Assembly (NCBI GenBank): GCA_963666115.2
Contig: CAXXET010000007.1
Location: 32,001 to 96,000 of the forward strand
Length of the DNA: 64,000 nucleotides
From: Dehalococcoidia bacterium
GTDB lineage: Bacteria; Chloroflexota; Dehalococcoidia; UBA6926
Direction of reading: 5' to 3'
Under the pieces are notes generated by a model that was given only the letters and a program-made list of their open reading frames with translations, was not told the DNA's origin and searched no databases. Numbering within the stretch: position 1 is the first letter of the stretch; every line of letters begins with the position of its first letter. Below, in pieces: positions 41,683-52,546 of this stretch. A program made the position numbers and the translations under genes.

Positions 41683-41748
41683 GCACGCGAGGACGCCACG
41701 CGACTTGTCCAGCGCGGAGTTCGCTCGAAGCGTCAGGATGAGCGGCGG

Positions 41749-44235
41749 CTACTCCATCACCCGCAGGGTGGCGGGCAGATCCGCGCGGCGAAGCTTGCGC
41801 ATAGTCAGCAACGGCGCCAGCCCGACAGCGACAACACCCAGGATGACAACCGTCGCCACAGACATCGCCGAGAACGTGATGATGAGGCCCAGTTCCGGCG
41901 ATGTTCTCGGCAGCAGCACTTCCGTGATGTAGAGCAGCAGCCCAAAGCCGAGAACCGCCCCGACAACCGTCGCAAACGCCCCCAGGATCGCGCTCTCGAT
42001 GACAGCCATGCGCAGAACGGTTCGGTACGGCACGCCGAACGCTGCCATCGTCGCGTGCTCCCTGCGCCGCTCATCCATCGCGATGCTCGCCGTGTTGTAG
42101 GCGATCAGGATGGCCAGCAGCAGGGGCACGATCTGCATGAGTCGCATGACGCTGATGAACTGGTTCAGGAGCTCCTCCGTCAGGTTCGCCTCTTCCGCAA
42201 CGGTGGCAACGGACACGACGCCGCTTATTGGGAACAGCTCTTCCTTGATGTCCACCACCGCCGTTCCCGGGTGCGCCACTGCGGTGATGCGGTTGGTCAG
42301 GCCCCGGTACATTCAGCAGGTCCAAATGGCGGTTGTCCATGTAAACCGAGGTTCGCAGGTAATGGGGATGGATGGCGAGAACCGGCAGCGCAGTATCCCT
42401 TAAGGAGAAAGACGTAAGGCCCTCCCGAACCGGATGCGTAAGCACCACGGAATCGCCGACACCGACCCCAAGGTCCGCCGCCGCCTTCTTCGCCAGGACC
42501 ATGCCCCGCGTTTCGGCATTGAGGGAGCCCTCAACGGCAGTGGGCGCCCATATCTCGCTGCCGAAGTCCATGAACCTGAGAAGCACGTCGAACTCCTCAT
42601 CTGTATCCGGGGCTGAGAGGGATGAGAAGACACGCAGCCCGGGTTCGATCATGGCTATCGTCTCGGCGCTGCGGATTTCCTCAACCACCGTCGAATCGAC
42701 AGGCACAGGCAGAACGAGATCGACTTCCAGGCGGTCCGCCGATGTGCTCAGCGCTTCATCTCGGCCTTGCCGCAGTGTCTCCAAATAGGAATCGAGCACT
42801 CCGACCAGCAAGACGGTGACGGCAACAGCTGCGGCAATTCCCATGATGGTCAGGAAAGCGCGGCGCGGCGCGCGCGCCACGTTCCTGAACGGCAGCTGCG
42901 CGAACGTGCTGCCCGGCGCCGGCAGGCGCGACATGATCGGGGCCAGTCCGCCTGCCGCGCGCCGCCAGGTGGCCCGTGCGGATCGCGTCGATTGGATTGA
43001 CGCCAACTGCTCGCCACACCGGATAGGCGACGGCGACGAACAGGACGAGCAGCCCCACGAGCGTCACCGTGCCAAAAATCGCGAACTGGAACGGCGACAG
43101 CCAGATCGGCAGGGGCATGAACTCGTTGAGCACTCCCTTCAGCATCTGGGCAAGAAGCCAGCCAACGATGAGGCCAAAAAATAATGCCGGCGACGGCGAT
43201 TTGCCCGCCCACGATGAACGGCCTGAGAGCGATCTGCCTGGGCGTGACACCCAACGCCATCGCGACGCCGATCTCCCGTCGCTGGGTCTCGACCATCCGT
43301 GACGTGAGGTTGAACGCGGCAAAGACCGCCCCGATGAAGAGGGCAAAGGCGATGATGTTGGTCGTCTGCTGATCGCTCTCCACGTCCTCCGTGATCGCGC
43401 GGTAGGCCGGATCGTCCATGTCTTCCGCCACGTGGAACCCGACACGGGGCAGCGCGCCGCCAATGGCCTGCTCCAGTTCGCCGATGATGCGGTCGCGGGA
43501 GGCGTCATCGCTGATGCGGATCAGGGCCTCGTCTACCACCCCGGGACGGTCGGCAATGTCCTGGACGGTTTCGAGGGAGGCGAACACGACGGCGTAGCTG
43601 GCATGGGCAAAGAACCCGCCGCCCTCCGTCAGCACGATGAAATACTCCGGCGCCAGGACGTGACCAACGTAGTTGACCGTGTGGCCGCCGGCAATGAGCG
43701 CCTCGCCCTGCGGCGGCAGGTTATACGCCAGAGCGAATTTGTGCTCCAGCAGCACGGTCAATTCGCCGGCGTCCGGCGGCCCCAGTTCGCGGCCCTCCGT
43801 CAGATGCAGGCGATTGACGGAGATGCCGGCGGGGTCGCTAAAGTCCATTCCGATCAAGAGGCCGGGCACGAGCACGGTCTCGGTTCGCGTACTGCCGTCG
43901 TCTTCGTCTTCAACTTCGTATGCGGCCTTGACTTGGGTTGGAACGGACAAACGCTCCTCTACGCCCTCGATGACGCTCGCGGACGGGATAGATTGAATAG
44001 CCTCGGTCAACTGCCCCTGGGGAACGAAGCTGTTGTCGCTGAGGTCCACCCGCAGGTCGTACATGCGCGTGGCCTCGAAGCTGGCCTCGTTGGAGGCGAT
44101 GCGCCACGCCGTCATGCTGTTGAACGCGGCAAAGCTGCCGGTGCCAAGCCCGATGACCAGGGCGATGGTGACGACCTGGACCCAGCGCGCCCGCAGATCG
44201 CGCAGTGACCAGGTCAGCAGGAGGCGCGGCGTCAT
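41749..44235 (-). CDS. FtsX/MacB-type ABC permease with about 3 frameshifts
   Basis: QRREIGVAMALG and ERRREHATMAAFG halves; frame changes near 43180, 42960 and 42310. Confidence 0.85.
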
Positions 44236-44253
44236 CGGCGTGAGCTTTGGCGG

Positions 44254-44967
44254 CTACCAGCGGAGGTCGGAGATGGCGGCGCGTCCGCCCTCCGGCGGGC
44301 CGTCATGGACGATGCTGCCGCTGCTCAGCTCGATGACCCTGTCCGCCATGCGGGAGATTTCCCTGTTATGCGTGACAACAAGGACGGTCTTGCCCTCGCC
44401 GGATTGCCGCTGCAGGAGTTCCAATATCTGCGCGCCGGTCGTGAAATCCAGTTCGCCGGTCGGCTCGTCCGCAAGGACAACAGGATTGCCGGTGGCGAGG
44501 GCGCGGGCAATGGCGACGCGCTGCTGCTCGCCGCCGGAGAGTTCATGCGGGAAATGGGCAACACGCTCGCCCAAGCCGACGTCCGCGAGCACGTCGACGG
44601 CGCTGCGTCCATCACCGTTCCGCTTCTCGGCGGCGTCGATGCCAAACTGGACGTTCTCGCGGGCGGTGAGGCCGGGGAACAGGTTGAAGCTCTGGAAGAT
44701 GAAGCTGACCTTCGAGCGGCGATAGGCGAAGAGTTGGCCCTTTGACGCGCCGGTAACCTCCTGCCCGCCGACGGTGATGCTGCCCTCGGTCGGGGTATCC
44801 AACGCGCCGATCATGTTCAGCAGGGTGGTCTTGCCGCTGCCGGAGGGGCCCAAAACAACAACGAATTCGCCCTCGTTGATTGTCAGATCGACTTTCTCAA
44901 GGGCGGTGACGGTGATGGCGCCGATTTCGTAGCGCTTGGCAATCCCATTCAGTTCAATCACGGCCAT
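44254..44967 (-). CDS. ABC transporter ATP-binding protein (LolD-like)
   Basis: GPSGSGKTT, LSGGEQQRV, ADEPTG, VTH. Confidence 0.95.
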   Translation of the reverse strand: MAVIELNGIAKRYEIGAITVTALEKVDLTINEGEFVVVLGPSGSGKTTLLNMIGALDTPTEGSITVGGQEVTGASKGQLFAYRRSKVSFIFQSFNLFPGLTARENVQFGIDAAEKRNGDGRSAVDVLADVGLGERVAHFPHELSGGEQQRVAIARALATGNPVVLADEPTGELDFTTGAQILELLQRQSGEGKTVLVVTHNREISRMADRVIELSSGSIVHDGPPEGGRAAISDLRW

Positions 44968-45049
44968 ATCCTCGTGTGCTTGCAGCTTGCCGCATTATAC
45001 CGCCGTTCGCCGCCACGACAGGCCGCGCGGAGCCGGGGCTTGCATTATG

Positions 45050-45089
45050 AAACGCACGTGCTATTCTATATGGTATAGAACACACGTGC
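45050..45089 (+). promoter_or_regulatory. Two LexA(SOS)-like boxes overlapping a promoter
   Basis: AAAC-GCAC-GTGC (45050-45061) and GAAC-ACAC-GTGC (45078-45089); TTGCAT...TGcTATTCT. Confidence 0.55.
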
Positions 45090-45110
45090 GGTACATGAAG
45101 GGAGGCAACG

Positions 45111-45281
45111 ATGACCACCACCGCAGCAGTTCAGCCACGCGATGCAGCGCCCGCGAGCGGAGCGGCCCCAAAGAACCCGGTTGTGTACGGCCCGGCGCGC
45201 TACCGGCGCGAGGTCCGGTGGGGCCTGCGGCCCACCCCGTCCCCGGCGGAGCGCCGCCAAATGAGGCCGCGCCTGCGTTGA
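45111..45281 (+). CDS. Unannotated 56-aa basic protein
   Basis: AAGGGAGG RBS then MTTTAAVQPRDAAPASGAAPKNPVVYGPARYRREVRWGLRPTPSPAERRQMRPRLR*. Confidence 0.6.
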   Translation: MTTTAAVQPRDAAPASGAAPKNPVVYGPARYRREVRWGLRPTPSPAERRQMRPRLR

Positions 45282-45340
45282 CAGGCTGACCGCGACTTGC
45301 CATTCTGCCAATAGCGTCATGATGGGCGCGGGAGGTAGAT

Positions 45341-46210
45341 GTGACAACTGCATCGCAAGGCGCTGTCCAGGTAGTGACAGACAGCACGTCCGACATCCGG
45401 CAGGAGGACGCGGCAGGAGCAGGACTGACCGTTGTCCCCGCGTACGTCTTCTTCGGCGATCAGGAGTTCCGTGACGGCGTGAATCTCAGCAGTTCAGAGT
45501 TCTATCGACGCCTCCAACAGAAGTCGATTACGCCCAAGACGGCGCAGCCCTCGCCGCAGGACTTCGCGGACGCGTTCTCGCAGTTGGCGCCCAACGGCCC
45601 GATCCTTGCCCTCACGGTTTCCTCCAAGGTGAGCGGAACGTATAACTCGGCGCTCATCGCCCGCGACATGGTTCTCAAGGATCATCCGAACGCCGCCATT
45701 GAGGTGGTGGATTCCCTGCTGGCCTCAATGGGTCTGGGCATGGTGGCGCGCGCCACGGCGGAAAAGGCGCGCGAAGGCGTCGGCATCGAGGAACTCGCGG
45801 AGTGGGCGCGCGACACGGCGAGCAGGACGCGCATCTTCTTCGCGGTGGATACGCTGGAGTATCTTGCGCGGGGCGGCCGGATCGGCCAGGCGCAGCGATT
45901 CCTCGGCGGCCTGTTGAGCATCAAGCCGGTGCTCGCGCTCCAGGACGGCGAGATTCATCCCATGGAGCGGGCGCGCTCACGCGCAAAGGCGCACGCCCTG
46001 TTGGAGTCGTATATCGCAGGCGCCGGACGGCCGGAGCAGCTCGCATTCGGAACCACAACGGATCACGACCGGGCGCGCGAACTGGCGGACCGGGCGCAGG
46101 AGCGCATACGGCTGGACGACGTGCCCGTCTACACCATCGGCACCGCGGTCGGCACGTACGTCGGGCCGGGCTGCATTGGCGTCGCGTTCACCGAGCGGCG
46201 CCCGGACTAA
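45341..46210 (+). CDS. DegV family fatty-acid-binding protein
   Basis: VTDSTSD, PKTAQPSP, SSKVSGTYNSA, TLEYLARGGRIG. Confidence 0.95.
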   Translation: MTTASQGAVQVVTDSTSDIRQEDAAGAGLTVVPAYVFFGDQEFRDGVNLSSSEFYRRLQQKSITPKTAQPSPQDFADAFSQLAPNGPILALTVSSKVSGTYNSALIARDMVLKDHPNAAIEVVDSLLASMGLGMVARATAEKAREGVGIEELAEWARDTASRTRIFFAVDTLEYLARGGRIGQAQRFLGGLLSIKPVLALQDGEIHPMERARSRAKAHALLESYIAGAGRPEQLAFGTTTDHDRARELADRAQERIRLDDVPVYTIGTAVGTYVGPGCIGVAFTERRPD

Positions 46211-46223
46211 CGGGAATCGAACA

Positions 46224-48836
46224 ATGACCCAGGGCCGCATGCCTGACGGCCCCCCGCGAAAGCCGCCAACCGAGCCGCCGTCCACGGCGGCGCAGGATGA
46301 TCGCGTGGCGCGCAAGGTGGAGACCATCCGCCACGTGCTGCGGCTGGAACGCGACCAGAACCACGCGAACCGCGCCGTCATTGGCGGCCTGGACGCATTC
46401 CTTGAACGCTGGATTGAAGACCCGGACATCAAGCGGACGCTGGAAGACTCGGGCATCGGCCTGCCGGGTTATGAGGAACTGCCACCGGACGGCCGCGCCG
46501 CGTGGGTGCGAGAAACGCTGCAACGACTCCCCGATTCCGCCGCGCCGCCCAGCGTCGAACGCCGCCAGCAGGCCCCGCCGCGCATGGACGTGCCGCCCGA
46601 CCCGGGGTGGAATCGGATTGAAGAAGTTGCAACCACTCGCTCCGGAGCGGATCATCGGTCCCCTGCTGAGAGGCTCGCGCCTCCCCCGCCAAAGAAGCGC
46701 GCGCCGCCCCGCCACAGCCCGAAAGCCACGCCCGTCACTTCCCTCGATGAGCCGCTGGGCGCGCCGTCTCGCATGAAAGCTGGCCTCCGAAAGCTGGGGG
46801 TTGAGACGTATCGCGACGCGCTGTGGGCGTTCCCGCGGCGGTACGTGCCGGTCTCGCCGGTTGCCCACCTGGCCTACGGCGAACAGACGGCGCTTTCCGT
46901 GCGCGTGGAGAAGCAGAGCGGGGGCAACTTCACGGCGCGGCGGCAGGTGATACGGGTTGAGGCGGCGGTGAGCGACGCGACGGGGCAGTTAACCGCCGTG
47001 TGGTTCGGCAGCCCCTGGGTGGCCAGGAATCTCAAGAAAGGGTCGCGCCTGCTACTCATTGGGCGGCTTGGCGAGTACCGCAACCGCGCCCAATTTCACG
47101 TTGAGACGTATGAGCACCTGCGGACGGACGAGACCATGGCGGCAGGCGACCTGGTGCCCATCTACCGGCTCACCAAGGGCGTGTCGCAAAGCGGGATGAG
47201 GCGTCTCATCGGCCCGGCGACGGAACGCGCCCTGCCCCTCGTGGAGGAGTTCTTGCCGGATGACGTCATGCGGGCGGCGAGACTGCCCGGTCTGCGGGAT
47301 GCGCTGGGGCTGATCCACCACCCCGCAGACCTGTCGGACGATGAGCGGGCGCGGCGGCGGCTGGCGTTCGACGAACTCTTCTTGCTCCAACTTGGCCTGC
47401 TTGAGCGGCGCAGGCAGCAGCAGCGCGAACTCGGCGCGCCGATCCCGCGCAATAACGAGGCCGTGAGCAACGTGTTGAGCGCCCTGCCTTTCACTCTGAC
47501 GGCAGACCAGGAGCGCGTCATCGAGGAGATTCTCAACGATATCGGCGGCAGCGCGCCCATGATGCGGCTCCTCCAGGGCGATGTGGGCAGCGGCAAGACG
47601 GTTGTCGCAGCGCTGGCGCTCGTGACCGCAGCGGCAAACGGCTTTCAGGGCGCGTTGATGGCGCCGACGGAGGTGCTTGCGGAACAGCATTTTCGGACGC
47701 TCACCAGTGTTTTCAGCTACGGGCAGCGGGAGGCGAACGGCAACAACCCCATTCACGGGTTCAGCGGCATCCTGCCGGACAGGCCGCTCCGCATCGCGCG
47801 GTTGACGGGGAGCATGGCGGCGGGCGCAAAGGCGCAGCTCCATGAACTCATCGCGCGGGGCGACGTGGACATCGTCATCGGCACCCACGCCCTCATCCAG
47901 GAGGGTGTCGCGTTCAACAACCTAGGCCTTGCCGTGGTGGATGAGCAGCACCGTTTCGGCGTCGAACAGCGGGCCTCGCTCCGCAACAAGGGGTTCGCCC
48001 CGCACCTGCTCGTGATGACCGCAACGCCCATTCCGCGAACGATGGCGCTTGCCGTCTACGGCGATTTGGACGTTTCGACGATCCATGAGATGCCGCCGGG
48101 CAGGCCGCCCATCAGGACCGCCATCGTCCCGCCGCATGAGCGCGAGCGGGCATACGGATTCATCCGCAAGGAGGCGGGAGAGGGCCGCCAATCGTTCATC
48201 ATCTGCCCGCTTGTGGAGGAGTCCGAGGCCGTCGCCGCCAAGGCCGCCGTGGCAGAGCATGAGCGCCTTTCACGGGAGGTTTTCCCCGATCTGAACATCG
48301 GGCTGCTGCACGGCAGAATGCGCCCTAAAGAGAAGGAGCGCGTCATGGAGGAACTGCATGGCGGCGGGATTGACGTGCTCGTCTCGACGGCGGTCGTTGA
48401 GGTGGGCATCGACGTGCCGAACGCAACTGTGATGATGATAGACGGCGCAGACCGCTTCGGCCTATCGCAGCTACACCAGTACCGGGGCCGTGTAGGGCGC
48501 GGCACGGAGCGGAGCTACTGCATCCTCGTGTCGGAGTCGGATACAGAGGAGGTCAACAAGCGGCTGGCGGTGATGGAGGAGACGAGCGACGGATTCAGGG
48601 TGGCGGAGGCCGACCTGAAGCTGCGCGGCCCGGGGGAACTGCTCGGCACGCGGCAGAGCGGCCTGCCGGACCTGCAGGTCGCCACGTTCGATGATCTGGC
48701 GCTCATCGAGGAGGCGCGTGGTCATGCGCTTGCCATTGCCAAGGACGACCCGGAGCTTGCGGCGGGCGCGCACGCGCCCCTGCGCGAGCAATTGCGGCGA
48801 TTCTGGGACCGGGCAAGCGACGTTGACGGCGGCTAG
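46224..48836 (+). CDS. recG: ATP-dependent DNA helicase RecG with N-terminal extension
   Basis: RLLQGDVGSGKT, DEQHRFGV, MTATPIPR, QYRGRVGRG, DLKLRGPG. Confidence 0.96.
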   Translation: MTQGRMPDGPPRKPPTEPPSTAAQDDRVARKVETIRHVLRLERDQNHANRAVIGGLDAFLERWIEDPDIKRTLEDSGIGLPGYEELPPDGRAAWVRETLQRLPDSAAPPSVERRQQAPPRMDVPPDPGWNRIEEVATTRSGADHRSPAERLAPPPPKKRAPPRHSPKATPVTSLDEPLGAPSRMKAGLRKLGVETYRDALWAFPRRYVPVSPVAHLAYGEQTALSVRVEKQSGGNFTARRQVIRVEAAVSDATGQLTAVWFGSPWVARNLKKGSRLLLIGRLGEYRNRAQFHVETYEHLRTDETMAAGDLVPIYRLTKGVSQSGMRRLIGPATERALPLVEEFLPDDVMRAARLPGLRDALGLIHHPADLSDDERARRRLAFDELFLLQLGLLERRRQQQRELGAPIPRNNEAVSNVLSALPFTLTADQERVIEEILNDIGGSAPMMRLLQGDVGSGKTVVAALALVTAAANGFQGALMAPTEVLAEQHFRTLTSVFSYGQREANGNNPIHGFSGILPDRPLRIARLTGSMAAGAKAQLHELIARGDVDIVIGTHALIQEGVAFNNLGLAVVDEQHRFGVEQRASLRNKGFAPHLLVMTATPIPRTMALAVYGDLDVSTIHEMPPGRPPIRTAIVPPHERERAYGFIRKEAGEGRQSFIICPLVEESEAVAAKAAVAEHERLSREVFPDLNIGLLHGRMRPKEKERVMEELHGGGIDVLVSTAVVEVGIDVPNATVMMIDGADRFGLSQLHQYRGRVGRGTERSYCILVSESDTEEVNKRLAVMEETSDGFRVAEADLKLRGPGELLGTRQSGLPDLQVATFDDLALIEEARGHALAIAKDDPELAAGAHAPLREQLRRFWDRASDVDGG

Positions 48837-48856
48837 ATGGCATACTTGAAGTTCCC

Positions 48857-50521
48857 ATGATCAAGGACACGATTGCCGACATGCTCTCCGAGGCGCTGCG
48901 CCGCGCGCAGGCCGACGGCGCGCTGCCCGCCCTGGAGCGCCTGGACCCCGCCGTTGAGCGGCCCCAAAACCAGGAGCACGGCGACTACGCCTCCAGCCTG
49001 CCGCTCAAGATGGCGCGGTCGGCGCGGATGCCCCCGCTGGCCATCGCGGAAATCCTGCGGGAGCGCCTGCCGGAGCAAGAGGAGGTCGCGTCCGTCACCG
49101 TCGCGCCGCCCGGCTTCGTCAATTTCGGCCTGGACAGCCGCTGGATCATGCGGCAGGTGGGGACGATTCTCGCCGAGGGAGACCGCTTCGGACACGGGAG
49201 CAGCGGGGCAGGCGTCACCGCGCAGGTCGAGTTCGTCAGCGTGAACCCCACGGGCCCCGTCCACGTCGGCCACGGGCGCGGCGCGGTACAGGGCAGCGCC
49301 GTCGCCAACATCCTGGAGGCATCCGGCTACACCGTGCAGCGCGAATACTACGTGAACGACGCCGGCAGCCAGATGGACAATTTCTTCGAGTCGCTGCACG
49401 CGCGGTATCTGCAGGCGCTTGGCAGGGACGCGGAGTTCCCGACCGAGGGCTACCACGGCGCCTATCTCGTGGAACTCGGCCAGGAGTTGGCGTCCGAGCA
49501 CGGCGATCAGTTCGCGGACAGCGAGGACGGCGCCCGCGAGCTCGGGGAAATCGGCATGGCGCGGATGATTGATTCAATCCGCGAAGACCTCGAACGCATC
49601 GACGTTCAATTCGACCGCTGGTTCAGCGAACGCTCCCTCTTTGCCGACGGAACCTATGAAAAGGCGCTCTCTGAAGTGTCAAACAACGGCTACACGGCTG
49701 AGCGCGAGGGCGCGGTGTGGTTCACCGGCACTGACCTGGGAGACGAGCGCGACAGCGTCCTCGTGCGGCAGACGGGCGCGCCAACGTATTTCGCCTCGGA
49801 CATCGCCTACCACTACGACAAGTTCCTGGGCCGCAGCTTTGACCGCGTCGTCAACGTATGGGGCGCGGACCACCAGGGACACGTCCCGCGCATGAAAGCC
49901 GTCGTCAAGGCGCTGGGCGTCGACCCGGACCGCCTGCAATTCATCCTCGTCCAGCTCGTCACCCTCAAGCGCGGCGATGAGGTCGTGCGGGTATCCAAGC
50001 GCACGGGCGACATCATCACGCTCGCGGAGGTCATCAGCGAGGTTGGCCCGGATGCCTGCCGCTACTTCTTCTTGGCGCGGTCGGCTGACTCGCAGATGGA
50101 TTTCGATCTCGAACTCGCCAAGAAAGAGGCGCCGGACAACCCCGTCTACTACATCCAGTACGCCTTTGCCCGCATCTCATCCATCCTCCGCAACGCGCGG
50201 CAGGACGGCATCGACCCGGACGATATGTCGCAGGACGCCGACTTCAACGCGCTCACGGAGGAGGCAGAACTCCGGCTAACGCGCTCCATGCTGCGCTTCC
50301 CCGAGGTGGTGGAACTGTCGGCGCGCACCCTGGAGCCGCACCACCTGCCGCACTACGCCTATGAACTCGCCACGGACTTTCATGATTTCTACACGAAACA
50401 CCGCGTGCTGGGCGAGGAGCCGCGCGTCACACTGGCGCGCCTTCGCCTCACGCAGGCGGCGGGAACGGTGCTCAGAAACGCCCTGACCCTAATGGGCATG
50501 ACTGCCCCGGAGCAGATGTAG
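48857..50521 (+). CDS. argS: Arginine-tRNA ligase
   Basis: VEFVSVNPTGPVHVGH, WGADHQG, SKRTG, NPVYYIQYA. Confidence 0.97.
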   Translation: MIKDTIADMLSEALRRAQADGALPALERLDPAVERPQNQEHGDYASSLPLKMARSARMPPLAIAEILRERLPEQEEVASVTVAPPGFVNFGLDSRWIMRQVGTILAEGDRFGHGSSGAGVTAQVEFVSVNPTGPVHVGHGRGAVQGSAVANILEASGYTVQREYYVNDAGSQMDNFFESLHARYLQALGRDAEFPTEGYHGAYLVELGQELASEHGDQFADSEDGARELGEIGMARMIDSIREDLERIDVQFDRWFSERSLFADGTYEKALSEVSNNGYTAEREGAVWFTGTDLGDERDSVLVRQTGAPTYFASDIAYHYDKFLGRSFDRVVNVWGADHQGHVPRMKAVVKALGVDPDRLQFILVQLVTLKRGDEVVRVSKRTGDIITLAEVISEVGPDACRYFFLARSADSQMDFDLELAKKEAPDNPVYYIQYAFARISSILRNARQDGIDPDDMSQDADFNALTEEAELRLTRSMLRFPEVVELSARTLEPHHLPHYAYELATDFHDFYTKHRVLGEEPRVTLARLRLTQAAGTVLRNALTLMGMTAPEQM

Positions 50522-50629
50522 CCCCCCAACCGTGCATAACTAGGTATTGACCCCTGACTGCAAGCGGTTCATTATCGTCTAGTGCTAATAGTAGCTAATA
50601 GCCATGCAGATTGGGGAGGAGGCTGGCTA

Positions 50630-52396
50630 ATGACGAATCGGATAACATTCCTGTTGCTCGCGCTCGCGGCGGCAGCGTTCCTTGTGTTCGCCGCGGCGTG
50701 CGGAACAACGGCGGAGGACGACGAGCCTGACACGTCGGCAGACACGCCCGCCGAGGACACGTCCATGGACGACGACGCGGACGATGACATGGGCGGCGAC
50801 GTGATGACACATTCCATAAGCGGCGTGCCGGTTGATCCGAACGCGCGCTACGGCGGGAAGCTGATCATCGCGACGACGTCCGAAGGCCCGACGTTCAGCA
50901 ACTGGGAGGAGGCAGCCGGGAGCGCGCCGCATTACGGCCACCCGGTGGGCAACATGCTCGTCTCCAAGCAGGACTGGGGCAACAAGGAGAACTTCATCAA
51001 CGGGGACTACTGGACCATCGTTCCCGACCTTGCCAGCGACTGGGAGCAGGCGACGGACGGCCTGACGTGGACGTTCACCCTGCGTGACGGCATCCAATTC
51101 TCCGATGGCGTCCCCTTCACGTGCGCGGACATCGAGTTTGCGTATGACACGCTCCGCACGGGCGACGGGCTGCTCCGCAACCCGCGCTCCGCCCACTTCG
51201 CGTCCCTTACCGACACATCGTGCGCGGACGACCTGACGGCAGTCTTCCACCTGGAGCGCCCCAAGCCCTCGCTGCTTGAGGTGATCGGGCTGCCCTACCA
51301 CGTCGTCAAGCCCAGCCACCTCTATGCCGATGACATGAATCGGATGCGCGAGGAGCCGCCAATCGGGACCGGCCCGTTCGTTGTCGGAGACTGGATTCCC
51401 GGCGAGAAGATGGTCATGGAGCGCAAGACTGACTACTGGGATCAGCCGTTCCCGTACCTGGACTCCATTGAGATCCTGATTCTCAACAACCAGGCGCAGG
51501 TCGCCGGCCTCCGCTCCGGCCGCATCCACATCGGTGGCAGCGCGGGCGGATGGAACGGCGCCAATGCGAACACGCTGCTGCGCGAGTGCGACATCTGCCA
51601 GAAGTGGGCGTCCGCCGTCCACCCCGGCATGATGTTCTCCGTCATCCCGAACTTCAACCGCGAGCCGTGGAACACGCAGCCCGTGCGCGACGCCATTAGC
51701 CTGGCCATCGATCGCAACCGCCTCATCAAGCTCGGATACAACGACTGGATCGCCCCGGGAACCGGCGGCCCGTTCCTCCCCGGCAGCTACTTCGCGCTGC
51801 CTGAGGATCGGCTGAAGGCCATCACGGGCCACGATTACAGCGATCCCGCCGCGAACAAGGATCGCGCGCGCCAGATCCTGGCGGACGCCGGCTATGAGCC
51901 GGGCGAGCTGCAGGCCACGATGATCTACGCGCCGTTCTACGGGGTGTACGCGCCAACCGTGCTTGAGGACCTGAACGAGGTCGGAATCGCCGTCGAAAGC
52001 GGTGAGATGGAAACCGGCAACTACTACACCCGGATGAACGCCGGCGACTTCGACCTGGGCGGCCACGCGGGATGGATCGGCGGGTTTGACCCGGACTTCA
52101 TCCTGTATGAGTACTTCTACTCCGGTTCCGGCCGGAACTACGGGCAGTACTCCAACCCCGAGCTGGACGACCTGATCGACGCGCAGTCCGTGGAGCTCGA
52201 CCCTGAGCGGCGGCGCGAGTTGGCGTGGCAGGCGGGCGAGATCATCCTGCGCGACCAGGTTCGCACACTCGGCGGCTTCCAGTTGGCCATTCCCGTCTTC
52301 TCCGATCGGGTAGCAGGCGTGATGCCGACAGTCCCCTCACAGTCCTACGGCAACTTCTACCGCCACGCCCACACGTACCTGCTGGAGGACGAGTAG
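50630..52396 (+). CDS. ABC substrate-binding lipoprotein, family 5
   Basis: Lipobox AAAC, PDLASDW, FTLRDGIQFSDG, PIGTGPF, PYLD. Confidence 0.92.
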   Translation: MTNRITFLLLALAAAAFLVFAAACGTTAEDDEPDTSADTPAEDTSMDDDADDDMGGDVMTHSISGVPVDPNARYGGKLIIATTSEGPTFSNWEEAAGSAPHYGHPVGNMLVSKQDWGNKENFINGDYWTIVPDLASDWEQATDGLTWTFTLRDGIQFSDGVPFTCADIEFAYDTLRTGDGLLRNPRSAHFASLTDTSCADDLTAVFHLERPKPSLLEVIGLPYHVVKPSHLYADDMNRMREEPPIGTGPFVVGDWIPGEKMVMERKTDYWDQPFPYLDSIEILILNNQAQVAGLRSGRIHIGGSAGGWNGANANTLLRECDICQKWASAVHPGMMFSVIPNFNREPWNTQPVRDAISLAIDRNRLIKLGYNDWIAPGTGGPFLPGSYFALPEDRLKAITGHDYSDPAANKDRARQILADAGYEPGELQATMIYAPFYGVYAPTVLEDLNEVGIAVESGEMETGNYYTRMNAGDFDLGGHAGWIGGFDPDFILYEYFYSGSGRNYGQYSNPELDDLIDAQSVELDPERRRELAWQAGEIILRDQVRTLGGFQLAIPVFSDRVAGVMPTVPSQSYGNFYRHAHTYLLEDE

Positions 52397-52429
52397 GCAG
52401 GCCTGACGGGCTAACCAAGCCACAATCAG

Positions 52430-52458
52430 GGGGCGGATTCCGCAAGGGAATCCGCCCC
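52430..52458 (+). terminator. GC-rich hairpin after SBP gene
   Basis: GGGGCGGATTCC-GCAAG-GGAATCCGCCCC; weak U tract. Confidence 0.6.
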
Positions 52459-52485
52459 CTCTCCGTCACCCCCGCGCTCCCCATT

Positions 52486-52510
52486 CCGTCATTCCCGCGC
52501 ACGCGGGAAC
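52486..52510. repeat. REP/dRS3-like palindrome
   Basis: CCGTCATTCCCGCGCACGCGGGAAC, near-exact reverse complement of the 18453 copy. Confidence 0.85.
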
Positions 52511-52546
52511 CCCGCCCCGCCCCTTTCGGAGTAGGATAGATACAGA

